A stretch of 63,168 nucleotides of DNA, counting the filler, from Octopus bimaculoides (lineage: Eukaryota), in assembly GCF_001194135.2 (NCBI RefSeq). It is 7 parts of 6 records of this genome, joined end to end, with 100 filler letters (N's around TTAATTAATTAA, not from the genome) between each part and the next. Parts side by side here need not be neighbours in the genome. Positions count along the whole stretch, not along the records: positions 18,312 to 38,693 come from NC_068987.1; positions 38,794 to 45,805 come from NW_026313336.1; positions 45,906 to 57,994 come from NC_068982.1; 4 more parts are not named here. One strand, given 5' to 3'. Under the pieces are notes generated by a model. The model was given only the letters and a program-made list of their open reading frames with translations, was not told the DNA's origin and made no database searches. This document shows positions 37,996 through 49,381 of the stretch, in pieces (positions within the stretch are counted from its first letter, which is position 1; the number at the start of each line of letters is the position of its first letter). The position numbers and the translations under genes are program-made.

Positions 37996-38058
37996 ATAAA
38001 GTGAAGTATATTGCCACTTAAATGTGGCTGACTTAAGTGGCAATATACTTCACTTTAT
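37996..38058. repeat. Perfect 26-bp inverted repeat with an 11-nt loop
   Basis: ATAAAGTGAAGTATATTGCCACTTAA-atgtggctgac-TTAAGTGGCAATATACTTCACTTTAT. Confidence 0.97.
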
Positions 38059-38814
38059 CGTGCAGTTACTGTTAATACCTCATTTAGAGAATTAACGTTG
38101 CTTATATATATATATATATATATATATATGGTGGTTGTCTACTCCTTAAACAGAGTTTATGTACACCCACACAGATTGCACCTCTGATTTGCACTACCAA
38201 TACCTGCAATACCGTATCAATATCGATTGCTATTGTCCAGTAAATATCGGTGCCTTGTTGTATGTATGTATGCACACGCACACATCATACGTCTTCATGC
38301 GTATGCTGTGAAAACGTAACTTTATTGCTACACGTTAAAAAAGAATCAGCATAAGAATAACAGGTGATTGTAGGAAGAAAAAGTAAGTGGTAGAGTGGAA
38401 GAAATAGGAAGAGAGAGAAAATAAAGATACAAACAAAGAGATAGAAAAAGAGAGCAAATTACGGTGTTAACTTAATTATCTGACGATAAGGAAAAGGAAT
38501 ATAAAAAGAAAAGGAAAAATGGGGAAAAGATACATCAAAACTTAATATTTAAAAGCCAATATTGCGAACTCACACCTAGAATGTACATAGATACTCACGA
38601 AAGCAAATACATATGTAAAACAGTAACACACATGTAAACATGCATACCAATATAGAGATAAGTATATATGTATGTGTGTACATATATATATACNNNNNNN
38701 NNNNNNNNNNNNNNNNNNNNNNNNNNNNNNNNNNNNNTTAATTAATTAANNNNNNNNNNNNNNNNNNNNNNNNNNNNNNNNNNNNNNNNNNNNTTTTAAT
38801 TAATATCAGTGGCC

Positions 38815-39214
38815 TGAAGTGCGGTGAGCTGGCAGAATTATTAGCACGCCGGGCGAAAAACTTTGCGGTATTTCGTCTGCCGTTACGTTCTGAGTTCAAA
38901 TTCCGCCGAGGTCGACTTTGCCTTTCATCCTTTCGGGGTCGATAAATTAAGTACCAGTTACGCACTGGGGTCGATGTAATCGACTTAATCCGTTCGTCTG
39001 TTCTTGTTTGTTCCCTCTATGTTTAGCCCCTTGTGGGCAATAAGGAAATAGGTATTTCGTTCTGAGTTCAAATTCCGCCGAGGTCGTCTTTGCTTTTCAT
39101 CGTTTCGGAGTCGATAAATTAAGTACCATTTACGCACTGGGGTCGATGTAATCGATTTAATTCCTTTGTCCTTGTTTGTCCTCTCTATGTTTAACCTCCT
39201 GTGGGCAATAAAAA
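38815..39214 (+). mobile_element. SINE family C (Tx1-like tail), full copy plus truncated second copy in tandem
   Basis: Pol III-like boxes TGGCAGAA and GAGTTCAAATTCC; core gcctttcatcctttcggggtcgataaattaagtacc; tail gccccttgtgggcaataa twice; flanked by AATATCAG(T/C)GGCC at 38802-38814 and 39215-39227. Confidence 0.88.
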
Positions 39215-39283
39215 AATATCAGCGGCCGGTTAACGGGGATCTCAGTCCAGACAGTATCAAGTTATGATATAATATATGTAGTT

Positions 39284-39575
39284 ATGTGGAGGCACATGGC
39301 CTAGTGGTTAGAGCAGCGGACTGGCGGTCGAGGGATCTCGGGTCCGAATCTCAGACCGGGCAAGGTGTGTGTTTATGAGCGAAATTCCTAAGCCCACGCG
39401 ACTCCGATAGAAGGTAATGGCGAACTTCTGCTGACTTTCTGACCACAACTTTCTTTCACTCTTTCCTCCTGCCTTTAGCAGCTCACCTGCGACGCACCGA
39501 CGTCCCGTCCAGGTGGGGAACCTATACTCCAATGAAACCGGCCCTTATGAGCCAGGTATGGCTCAAGAAGGAACA
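39284..39575 (+). mobile_element. SINE with a family B head and a different 3' module
   Basis: gtggaggcacatggcctagtggttagagcagcggact head, then cctgcgacgcaccgacgtcccgtccagg...gaaaccggcccttatgagcc. Confidence 0.75.
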
Positions 39576-40776
39576 AGAAATTGTGGAAAATTTAACTATT
39601 TCTGCGTGGATTGAAAAAAAAAAAATGGTGAACAGCTTTAATTGATTTTCGAACCTTATTGAACTCTGATCAGAGGTATCAACATGATTTGACCAATGCC
39701 AGAGAAATAGTAAGCAATAGGTTTATATCGACAACACATCCCGTAGCTTCAGACAAATGGAGCTACTAATTAGCACTCCGTGTTTAACACATCATTTAAT
39801 ATAAACAAGCTTATATACACGCATGCATTGATATGACTTATGTCTGTATATATATATATATATATATATATNNNNNNNNNNNNNNNNNNNNNNNNNNNNN
39901 NNNNNNNNNNNNNNNNNNNNNNNNNNNNNNNNNNNNNNNNNNNNNNNNNNNNNNNNNNNNNNNNNNNNNNNNNNNNNNNNNNNNNNNNNNNNNNNNNNNN
40001 NNNNNNNNNNNNNNNNNNNNNNNNNNNNNNNNNNNNNNNNNNNNNNNNNNNNNNNNNNNNNNNNNNNNNNNNNNNNNNNNNNNNNNNNNNNNNNNNNNNN
40101 NNNNNNNNNNNNNNNNNNNNNNNNNNNNNNNNNNNNNNNNNNNNNNNNNNNNNNNNNNNNNNNNNNNNNNNNNNNNNNNNNNNNNNNNNNNNNNNNNNNN
40201 NNNNNNNNNNNNNNNNNNNNNNNNNNNNNNNNNNNNNNNNNNNNNNNNNNNNNNNNNNNNNNNNNNNNNNNNNNNNNNNNNNNNNNNNNNNNNNNNNNNN
40301 NNNNNNNNNNNNNNNNNNNNNNNNNNNNNNNNNNNNNNNNNNNNNNNNNNNNNNNNNNNNNNNNNNNNNNNNNNNNNNNNNNNNNNNNNNNNNNNNNNNN
40401 NNNNNNNNNNNNNNNNNNNNNNNNNNNNNNNNNNNNNNNNNNNNNNNNNNNNNNNNNNNNNNNNNNNNNNNNNNNNNNNNNNNNNNNNNNNNNNNNNNNN
40501 NNNNNNNNNNNNNNNNNNNNNNNNNNNNNNNNNNNNNNNNNNNNNNNNNNNNNNNNNNNNNNNNNNNNNNNNNNNNNNNNNNNNNNNNNNNNNNNNNNNN
40601 NNNNNNNNNNNNNNNNNNNNNNNNNNNNNNNNNNNNNNNNNNNNNNNNNNNNNNNNNNNNNNNNNNNNNNNNNNNNNNNNNNNNNNNNNNNNNNNNNNNN
40701 NNNNNNNNNNNNNNNNNNNNNNNNNNNNNNNNNNNNNNNNNNNNNNNNNNNNNNNNNNNNTATATATATATATATG

Positions 40777-41530
40777 AAGGCGCATAGCCCAGTGATTAGA
40801 GCTTCGGGCTCACAATCATGACGTAGTGAGTTCGATTCCTGGACCGAGCTGTGTGTTGTGTTCCTTCTCGTTGCTTCGGTTCCATCAGCTGTAGAAATGA
40901 GTAGCAACGTCACTGGTGCCAATCTGTATCAGCTTTTGCCTTACCCTTGGATAACATCGGTGGCATGGAGAGGGGAGGCTGGTATGCATGGTTGACTGCT
41001 GGTCTTCCATAAACAACCTTGCCTGGACTTGTGCCTCGAACGGTAACATTCTAGAAGCAATTTCATAGTCACTCATGACCGAAGTATATGCACTCCTTCG
41101 GAGCTCGACTTTTCCTTTCATCCTTTCGGAGTCGATAAATTAAGGACCAGTTGCGTACTAGGATCTATCTATCGACCCCATTACGTAAGTAGTACTTATA
41201 TAATCGACCCCGAAATGATGAAAATCAAAGTCGACCTCGGCGGAATTTGAACTCAGAACGTAGCGGCAGACGAAATACCGCTAAGCATTTCTCCCGGCGT
41301 GCTAACGTTTCTGCTAACTCGCAGATTTCTCCCCTCCACTAAATATTACTGGCCCTGTGCCAAAATTTGAAACCAATATACACATAATATAGCGGTTCAG
41401 CAAAAGAGACTGATAAAATAGGTACCAAACTTTAAAAAAAAAGTAAGTACTGGGGTCGATTCCTTGACTAAGATTCTTCAAGGTGGTGCCCCAACATGGC
41501 CGCTGTTTAACGATTGAAACAAATAAAAGG
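40777..41530. mobile_element. Cluster of SINE fragments in both orientations
   Basis: tRNA-like head gcatagcccagtgattagagc...gagttcgattcc (40777-41085, +); family C core pieces at 41100-41160 (+) and 41200-41325 (-); family A tail at 41390-41530 (+). Confidence 0.7.
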
Positions 41531-41787
41531 TGAGAAATAACTATATGAATGACTATATGGCTGTACTAATATGTATGTGTATGTGTGTGTATGTGTGTGT
41601 GTGTATGTGTGTGTGCGTGTGTGTGTGTGTGTTTATGTATGCGTGTACATGTGAATCTGCATGTGTGTACTGTGAGTGCGGTTGCACATTTGTATATGGA
41701 TGTGCGTATACATGAGTATATACATGTGTATATGGATTTTCACATCCGAATTTCACTATAGATTTCGCATGTGAACGTTGCAAGTAA

Positions 41788-41834
<47 letters not shown>

Positions 41835-42185
41835 TTAAAATCAGAAGAGAAACACATATAAGACAACAAATAAGTAAAAAACCAAAACAAAAAAAAAAAA
41901 CAGAAAACAAAACAAAAGGAAAGAAGCCAACAAGATTTTTGTCGAATTTTGAAAACGTCAGTGACCAGCAATGACCTCTCTCACTTGACATAGGTCATAT
42001 TTTGTCACTACTGAAGTATGCAATAATAAAAATTACTTTTTCTCGCAGTATCCTCTGTTACTAAGTAGACCTTTTAACTATTCTGGTGAGAACTGAGCAA
42101 TTTTAAATGTCCTTTCTTCCAGAATAGGATTTAACGCCGACACACCCAACGAAACGCATGATTTCAAATAATAATAATAATAATG

Positions 42186-42225
<40 letters not shown>

Positions 42226-42253
42226 TAATAATAATAACAACAACAACAACAAC

Positions 42254-42286
<33 letters not shown>

Positions 42287-42375
42287 CACAGCAAACCACA
42301 GCACATATCCAAGGCACACAGAGCTGCACTCGGTAGTGAAGTGAAAGCACGTTATAAAAATAAAACTACTGAATA
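42287..42375 (+). mobile_element. About 90-bp R4/Dong 3'UTR stub embedded in an (AAT)n run
   Basis: Near-identical to 16066-16155 (cacagcaaaccacagcacata...aaaactactgaa); AAT repeats on both sides. Confidence 0.9.
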
Positions 42376-42395
42376 ATAATAATTATAACAATAAT

Positions 42396-42444
<49 letters not shown>

Positions 42445-42445
<1 letters not shown>

Positions 42446-42612
42446 CCTTTCTTCGATAGGCACAAGGCCTGAAATTTGGTGGGTGAAGGTGGTGGGGGGG
42501 CAGTCGATTAGGTCCGACCCCTGTATGCAAAAGGTACTTAAACTTATCGACCCCGAAAGGATGAAAGGCAAAGCCGACCTCCCGGCGGAATTTGAACTCA
42601 GAACGTAGCGAC
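42445..42612 (-). mobile_element. SINE with the family C core and an alternative tail
   Basis: Core ttatcgaccccgaaaggatgaaaggcaaag; minus-strand tail aaatttcaggccttgtgcctatcgaagaaagg followed by (ACT)n. Confidence 0.75.
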
Positions 42613-42685
42613 GGGAGTAGACGCAGTAATAGTGGTAGTTGTTGTAGTACAAGCATCATCATCATAGTAGCTGTTGTTGTAGTTT

Positions 42686-42717
<32 letters not shown>

Positions 42718-42718
42718 T

Positions 42719-42756
<38 letters not shown>

Positions 42757-42757
42757 T

Positions 42758-42819
<62 letters not shown>

Positions 42820-42968
42820 GCATTATCATCATTGTCGTCGTCGTCGTCGTCATTATCAACATCATCAGCATCATCGTCATCATCATCATCAACAGCAGCG
42901 GCAGAAGTTGTTGTTATTGTTGTTGTTGTTGTAGCAAACAGAAATTTTTCAGAGAATTATTAACTCTA

Positions 42969-43018
<50 letters not shown>

Positions 43019-43447
43019 GTTTAGAAATGAACGGAAAAGTTGTGTGGGAAACGAATATTTTTGCGCTTGAACTTAAAAACAAGAAATAAATGATAAAGAA
43101 AATGAANNNNNNNNNNNNNNNNNNNNNNNNNNNNNNNNNNNNNNNNNNNNNNNNNNNNNNNNNNNNNNNNNNNNNNNNNNNNNNNNNNNNNNNNNNNNNN
43201 NNNNNNNNNNNNNNNNNNNNNNNNNNNNNNNNNNNNNNNNNNNNNNNNNNNNNNNNNNNNNNNNNNNNNNNNNNNNNNNNNNNNNNNNNNNNNNNNNNNN
43301 NNNNNNNNNNNNNNNNNNNNNNNNNNNNNNNNNNNNNNNNNNGTACAATTTTCACATCCTCGATAAACGCCAGGCCAGAGATTCTCTCTAGTAAACAGAC
43401 AGCTAAAAATAACAACCAAATGACTCTGATAAAAATGGTGAGACTTC

Positions 43448-43673
43448 TTAGAAGAAGAAGAAGAAGAAGAAGAAGAAGAAGAAGAAGAAGAAGAAGAAGA
43501 AGAAGAAGAAGAAGAAAAAGAAAAAGAAAAAGGAGGAGGAGGAGGAGAAGAAGAAGAAGAAGAAGAAGAAGTGAAACAAGAAGAAGAAGAAGAAGAAGAA
43601 GAAGAAGAAGAAGAAAAAGAAGTGAAAGAAGAAGAAGTAAAAGAAGAAGAAGAAGAAGAAGAAGAAGTGAAAC

Positions 43674-43708
<35 letters not shown>

Positions 43709-43730
43709 GAAGAAGAAGAAGAAGAAGAAG
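43448..43730. repeat. Long (GAA)n-rich polypurine tract
   Basis: About 280 bp of GAA/GGA/AAA units with an AAT insert. Confidence 0.95.
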
Positions 43731-43769
43731 ACAGCAACAACAAAAGGGCTCGTTGAATCATTGTGTTTA

Positions 43770-44335
43770 GCTGTGACATGTAAGACGGGTGCAGTTATCA
43801 ACCGAGTCCACTGTGAAAATATTTCCGTCACCTTTCTTTAGCCGGGAATTACGGACAACAACATTGTTAATCTATCTGGTGGCCTTTGCGAAAGAGATTG
43901 TGTACTGGACCAGATTGAAAGGGTTGTGGGCAGACAGGTTCCTCGTTGGTCACGCATTCGTTGATTTATCCGAATTTCACTTAAAAAGGAAAAGTGAAAG
44001 TAGAAATGGAAGCGGTGGCCTTCCAGCATATTTCTTCAAACGTGGATGAGAGTGACAAGAACGCTTTGAGTGTACGGGTCTACTCTCTAAGCATGCGCTT
44101 ATAGATTAAGGGAAGACATCAGAAACGAATATGGTTCTTACCTCAGCAGTCAGGGTGACTGGTTTTGTGGCGTCTCCACGAGTTGCCCTCGAAAGTCTCT
44201 GACTTTCAGAGGAATTTATTATTTAAATTGCTATAGCTGTTTCTCTATTTCCACATTCCTCTATGTAATTAATCCCTCATTGCATTGTGCTTTCCCAATG
44301 TTCTTGTGAACTCTTAGTGGTTAATAAAGTCTATT
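43770..44335 (+). mobile_element. Tx1-type LINE 3' fragment (another subfamily)
   Basis: LSTESTVKIFPSPFFSRE...VAFAKEIVYWTRLKGL...FHLKRK aligns with LSTESIVKIYPPDFLSKE...AIAREVIWKTRPKGL...FHLKNK at 6930-7238; diverged tail ending gtggttaataaag. Confidence 0.8.
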
Positions 44336-44497
44336 TTCAAGGAGGTAAGTATAGCGCCATTCACCATTTTTGCTTAAAGGACCGAAGAAAATTATGAGTG
44401 GAATATTACCTGAAGGGTTGTAACTCAGTGGATTCCGCTAAATAATTTAACCAAGTACCAGGTTGATGGTGTTAAACTAGGTGATATACTAGGTCTA

Positions 44498-44851
44498 GTG
44501 GAGGCGCAATGGCCCAGTGGTTAGGGCAGCGGACTCGCGGTCATAGGATCGCGGTTTCGATTTCCAGACCGGGCGTTGCGAGTGTTTATTGAGCGAAAAC
44601 ACCTAAAGTTCCACGAGGCTCCGGCGGGGGATGGTGGTGAACCCTGCTGTACTCTTTCACCACAACTTTCTCTCACTCTTTCTTTCTGTTTCTGTTGTGC
44701 CTGTAATTCAAAGGGTCAGCCTTGTCACACTGTGTCACGCTGAATATCCCCGAGAACTACGTTAAGGGTACACGTGTCTGTGGAGTGCTCAGCCACTTGC
44801 AGGTTAATTTCACGAGCAGGCTGTTCCGTTGTTCGGATCAACTGGAACCCT
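44498..44851 (+). mobile_element. tRNA-headed SINE family B (Arg-like head, probably octopus OR-type)
   Basis: A box TGGCCCAGTGG, B box GGTTTCGATTTCC; near-identical copies at 50574, 52921, 55643 and 61898. Confidence 0.92.
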
Positions 44852-45766
44852 NNNNNNNNNNNNNNNNNNNNNNNNNNNNNNNNNNNNNNNNNNNNNNNNN
44901 NNNNNNNNNNNNNNNNNNNNNNNNNNNNNNNNNNNNNNNNNNNNNNNNNNNNNNNNNNNNNNNNNNNNNNNNNNNNNNNNNNNNNNNNNNNNNNNNNNNN
45001 NNNNNNNNNNNNNNNNNNNNNNNNNNNNNNNNNNNNNNNNNNNNNNNNNNNNNNNNNNNNNNNNNNNNNNNNNNNNNNNNNNNNNNNNNNNNNNNNNNNN
45101 NNNNNNNNNNNNNNNNNNNNNNNNNNNNNNNNNNNNNNNNNNNNNNNNNNNNNNNNNNNNNNNNNNNNNNNNNNNNNNNNNNNNNNNNNNNNNNNNNNNN
45201 NNNNNNNNNNNNNNNNNNNNNNNNNTGTTTACACCAGCGTACCTTAGCAGTTCGACGCATTCGGTTCAATTTACTAGAAATAACAGCCAAATCTCTGCCT
45301 TCGTCACCACAGCACACCTTTTCGTAATATGAAAAACTCACAGATTAAAGAAATCCTTGATATATTATGGCCGGGAGAAAAAAATGTGGGAGAGCCATGG
45401 CCAGAACACTTGATCTAAGGATAGTTCGACCAGGGACCATCACCAACAAAATAACAATATCAACAACATCAACAACAGTAGCAGTAAATGTATCCACATT
45501 GATTCAAGTGCCAAGGAAACACACGTTCCAAGTCTTAAAACGTAAACAACCGGAATAATCCAGAAAGTTCATCAAGTACAGTTCACGGGGTTCAGTTTTT
45601 CCGATGATGTAACAAATCTTGTGTCAATCGACGCAAGCATGAGTTAAATGTCTGCCTGTTTGTCTGCATGTCTGCCTGTCTGTCTGTGCATTGGCCTGTC
45701 TATATAGCCTGTCAGCTAGCGTGACAACGTCTGTATTTCACCCCCCCACATTCTCTTTCATTTCTG

Positions 45767-45805
<39 letters not shown>

Positions 45806-45905
45806 NNNNNNNNNNNNNNNNNNNNNNNNNNNNNNNNNNNNNNNNNNNNTTAATTAATTAANNNNNNNNNNNNNNNNNNNNNNNNNNNNNNNNNNNNNNN
45901 NNNNN

Positions 45906-46455
45906 TATTAATTCGACTTAAGTCGGATTTAGAGGGGTAAATGAGTCTAATAGAAGGCTTGAGTAGCAGTTGGGTTTGTGGTCCTTCAGAATGAAGTGGG
46001 GGAAGGTAGGTGTATATGGTTCAGTTCTATTTGATAAATTTAAATCAGCAATGAGCTTACAATGGATGTTATTAATCGCCTTAAGAGTATTTCTATGTAC
46101 ATGTTTATATTTGTGTTTAGTTACTTTGATATGATATTAGTATATGAGAGTAAAGATTGCCAGTTTTGTCAGAAAAGACACGCAAGTGTGGTGAAATCTT
46201 TATTTTAGATGCATTTTCGGATAGTTCTTTTTGGAATGAATTAGTATAAATAGAGGATTTAATGTTTTTTAACATACATAATAGATCTTTCTCAAAATTA
46301 GCTAATGCAAGGTTCGGGGTGAGTTTTTATGGCGCTTTAGGCTGTAAGTGTCCTTTTCATTAGAATGTCCGGGGTGATTAGATATGAGGTCATATTATAG
46401 GGCTCTCCACCTCATTCGAGGGATGAAATCATTAATCTTCTGTAGTCAGAGCTCC
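45906..46455 (-). mobile_element. Penelope-like element, N-terminal RT-proximal fragment
   Basis: KINDFIPRMRWRALY, FEKDLLCMLKNIK, VFSDKTGNLY, HFILKDHKPN, RLIYPSKSDLSRIN. Confidence 0.8.
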
Positions 46456-46503
<48 letters not shown>

Positions 46504-46504
46504 C

Positions 46505-46650
46505 CCTTGGTGGAATCCTTCATCCCCTGTCCACCGAATCCACCTGCAAGGCCCTGGTCGGCCCGAGGCTATAGTAGTGGACATTTGCCCAAGGTGACAC
46601 GAAGTGGGACTGAACCAAGGACCATGTGTTTGGGAAGCAAACTTCTAAAA
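46505..46650 (-). mobile_element. SINE family A head fragment
   Basis: ggtcggcccgaggctatagtag...tgcccaagg...gggactgaacc...accatgtg.ttgggaagcaa. Confidence 0.75.
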
Positions 46651-46929
46651 GTTCTTTATAAATATTGGGAGACTCATAAACTGGATGTTCTCCGAGAAGA
46701 TTGTATTATTGAATTAAAAGAATTTTGCAAAGAATATGTGCTATATTAATGTTATATTTAGACTGGTGAATATAACGTGAAACCCATTATATTTTTGTTC
46801 ATATTCTTTTCAACCGTACATAGTGTACTAACTATTATTGGTACAGTTATTTTCATTCTATAGTTAAAGTACTAGCATTTCGATTTTGAGGTCATTGTAC
46901 TTTTGATGGGTTTCTATCTTTAACTTCTT

Positions 46930-47106
46930 TTACCCTTTACTTGTTTCAATCATTAGATTGAAGAATTCTAGTCGAACTAATCGACCTCAGTACTTATTTT
47001 ATTTTTAAGACTGTTATCGACTGTCTTGCTGCACCGCTAAATTATGGGAGTGTAAACTCACCAATACCGGTTGTCAAGCGATGGTGATAGGGGAAAACAC
47101 AGACAG

Positions 47107-47137
<31 letters not shown>

Positions 47138-47300
47138 AAGGACTGTTTTCAGTTTCTGTCTACTAAATCCGCTCACAAGGCTTTGGTCGACCCGAGAGTA
47201 TAGTAGGAGACATATGCCCAAAGTACCACATAATGGGACTGAACTCAGAACCATGTGATTGGGAAGCAAGTTTCTTACCACACAGCTACACCTGCGCCTT
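46930..47300 (-). mobile_element. SINE family A, near full length with an internal (CA)n
   Basis: Minus-strand head ggtgtagctgtgtggtaagaaacttgcttcccaatcacatggttctgagttcagtccc, body, microsatellite and tail. Confidence 0.85.
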
Positions 47301-47699
47301 TTCGTCAGAAAATATCGATACGCCATATTTAGAGGTGCGTTGAAAGTGGAGTATTCTATGATTTTGTTCGTATATTTTTCGCTCATACGTAGCGTACTAA
47401 TTAACATTGGAACAATTGAGGTCTTAAAACGTCAGTAAGTTTCCGTCTTTACTAATAGGCGATAATTTGATCAGAAAAGATAGACACAGCTATTTATCAG
47501 GTTTTCAGTTTTCTCTTTATAACATGTGAACAGTTTTCCTTTGATTTCCTTGTTACTTCAGACAAGCATGACTCAAAGTGTCACAAACGTGTCATTGTTA
47601 CACACGACAATTTGTGAATGCTTATATCCTTCTCAAGTTTGATGTGGAAGTATTGGTATATCGAGCCGTGGGTGTAGCTGTGAATCTGGTTATGACTGT

Positions 47700-48232
47700 T
47701 GATATATTCAGTCTTTCCAAAGGCGGCTAGCTGATAGAATCGTTAGTGCGTTCGACAAAAATACTTAGCGGCATTCTTTCTGACTTTGCAGTCTGATTTC
47801 AAATCATGCCGAAGTCAACTTTGTCTTCTAGTTGCATCATAAACCCTTGAGTATTACTGTCTCGAGTCCTAAGACTAACAGGGCCAGTCACCCGATTTCC
47901 ATGGTGTGCAAGTGGCCGAGAGCACAAAATTGATCCTGAACGGGACGCCAGTCCACCAGACGATTACTCTTTCACAGCTGAGTGGACTGCAGCAACATGA
48001 TTGAAGTGTTTTGCTTAAGAACACAACACACTGGCCACGCTCCTTTTGATGTCGATAAAATAAGAGCCAGTTGAGCGCTGGAGGGGGTCATCTTCTGTAA
48101 TCGACTTACTCCTACTCCTAAAATTGCTGGCTCTGTGCCAAAATTCGAAGCCATGATATGTTTTTCCAAGACCTGGCAAGTTTAAAAGGAGGTGGTGTAT
48201 TATTTTACCTCAAGAGGGTGGTAAAATAACAT

Positions 48233-48285
<53 letters not shown>

Positions 48286-48830
48286 TAGGGACGAAATAGT
48301 GCAGCGAAAAGTGCATCTAACAATACCATTACACTAAGTGTGTGACATCGATAATGTTCACATTATTAGATCTGATTCTAATTGAGATTGTTTTATTAAA
48401 TCGAGAAAACAGCGCCTGTGGTTCTTTTACAAGGCCTCCAAGACCGGTGGGAGGGAGTGAGAGAGGTATCCCCGTATCAGAGACTTAGTCTAAATGCTTG
48501 CAACGCAATGGGTTCTGCTACACACACACAAGGAATCAAGTGGTGGTGTTTAAAGAGAGAAGCGGGTAAAACATGGTGAGATTTGAACTCAGAATGCAAC
48601 TGCTGGAACAAAAATACCCAGGAGCACAAATATCCAGGAAAAAAAAATACCCTGTCCGATATCTTTATAATTCCGCCAAATCCACCGCCCTGGATTGACA
48701 CTTTTTGTGATCTCGAAGAAGGCAGGAAGGAAGGCAAAGTTAATTGACCTCGGCGGGATCTGAACTCAGAACGTAGAAAATCAGGACAAATACCGTGAGG
48801 CATTCTATTCGACGTTCTAACCTCCCTGCC
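47700..48830. mobile_element. Decayed SINE and retroposon fragments in both orientations
   Basis: Family C-like heads and cores at about 47720-47830 (+), 48050-48150 (+) and 48700-48830 (-), plus another repeat piece at 47850-48030. Confidence 0.55.
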
Positions 48831-49149
48831 TTCTTTTGTCTCTGTCTTCAGTTCAGAGTTGTTATCTGGTTTTACACGACTGCAAATAGCTGTAACAAAA
48901 ATACCCTGAAGCAATCAGTCTGACATTAAAAAGAGAGGATGAGCAATGGCTAGAAGAATATTGAGCGAAACCTAGTAACCAGTTGATCTAGGAAGTTGGG
49001 CCTCGTTTCAGTGAGTGCTCAATAATGTCGTCGAGAGGAAGGCCCCGAAACGGCGTGCATTCTCTCCTGATGACACCACAAACTTGCTAGCATCCGGTAT
49101 GCGGAGCTTTCAACTGGTAGCATTTGCATCTGTATTTGAATCTAGTTCT

Positions 49150-49381
49150 TATTTCTTTATTGCCCACAAGGGGCTAAACATAGAGGGAACAAACAAGGAC
49201 AGACAAACGGATTAAGTCGATTACATCGACTCCAGTGCGTAACTGGTACTTAATTTATCGACCCCGAAAGGATGAAAGGCAAAGTCGACCTCGGCGGAAT
49301 TTGAACTCAGAACGTAACGGCAGACGAAATACCGCTAAGCATTTCGCCCGGCGTGCTAACGATTCTGCCAGCTCACCGCCT
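49150..49381 (-). mobile_element. SINE family C, full-length 232 bp with a perfect 17-bp TSD
   Basis: TATTTGAATCTAGTTCT at 49133-49149 and 49382-49398; head ggcggtgagctggcagaatcgttagc, B box GAGTTCAAATTCC, Tx1-like tail. Confidence 0.95.

Noticed and set aside
43021-43831. Poly-R/S/F, poly-L/I/N and YI/CV ORFs throughout the window
   Set aside because: These are translations of microsatellites.
44498-44570. tRNA-like sequences at SINE heads
   Set aside because: They have A and B boxes but no complete cloverleaf and continue into SINE bodies; not tRNA genes.
47391-47432. 42-bp candidate micro-exon (VLINIGTIEVLKR) with a GTAAGT donor
   Set aside because: It has a stop in the phase needed to follow the 20944 exon and no recognisable homology.
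49025-49080. GAAAC followed by CTGATGA (possible type II hammerhead)
   Set aside because: The stem II strands (CCCC versus CACC) cannot pair.
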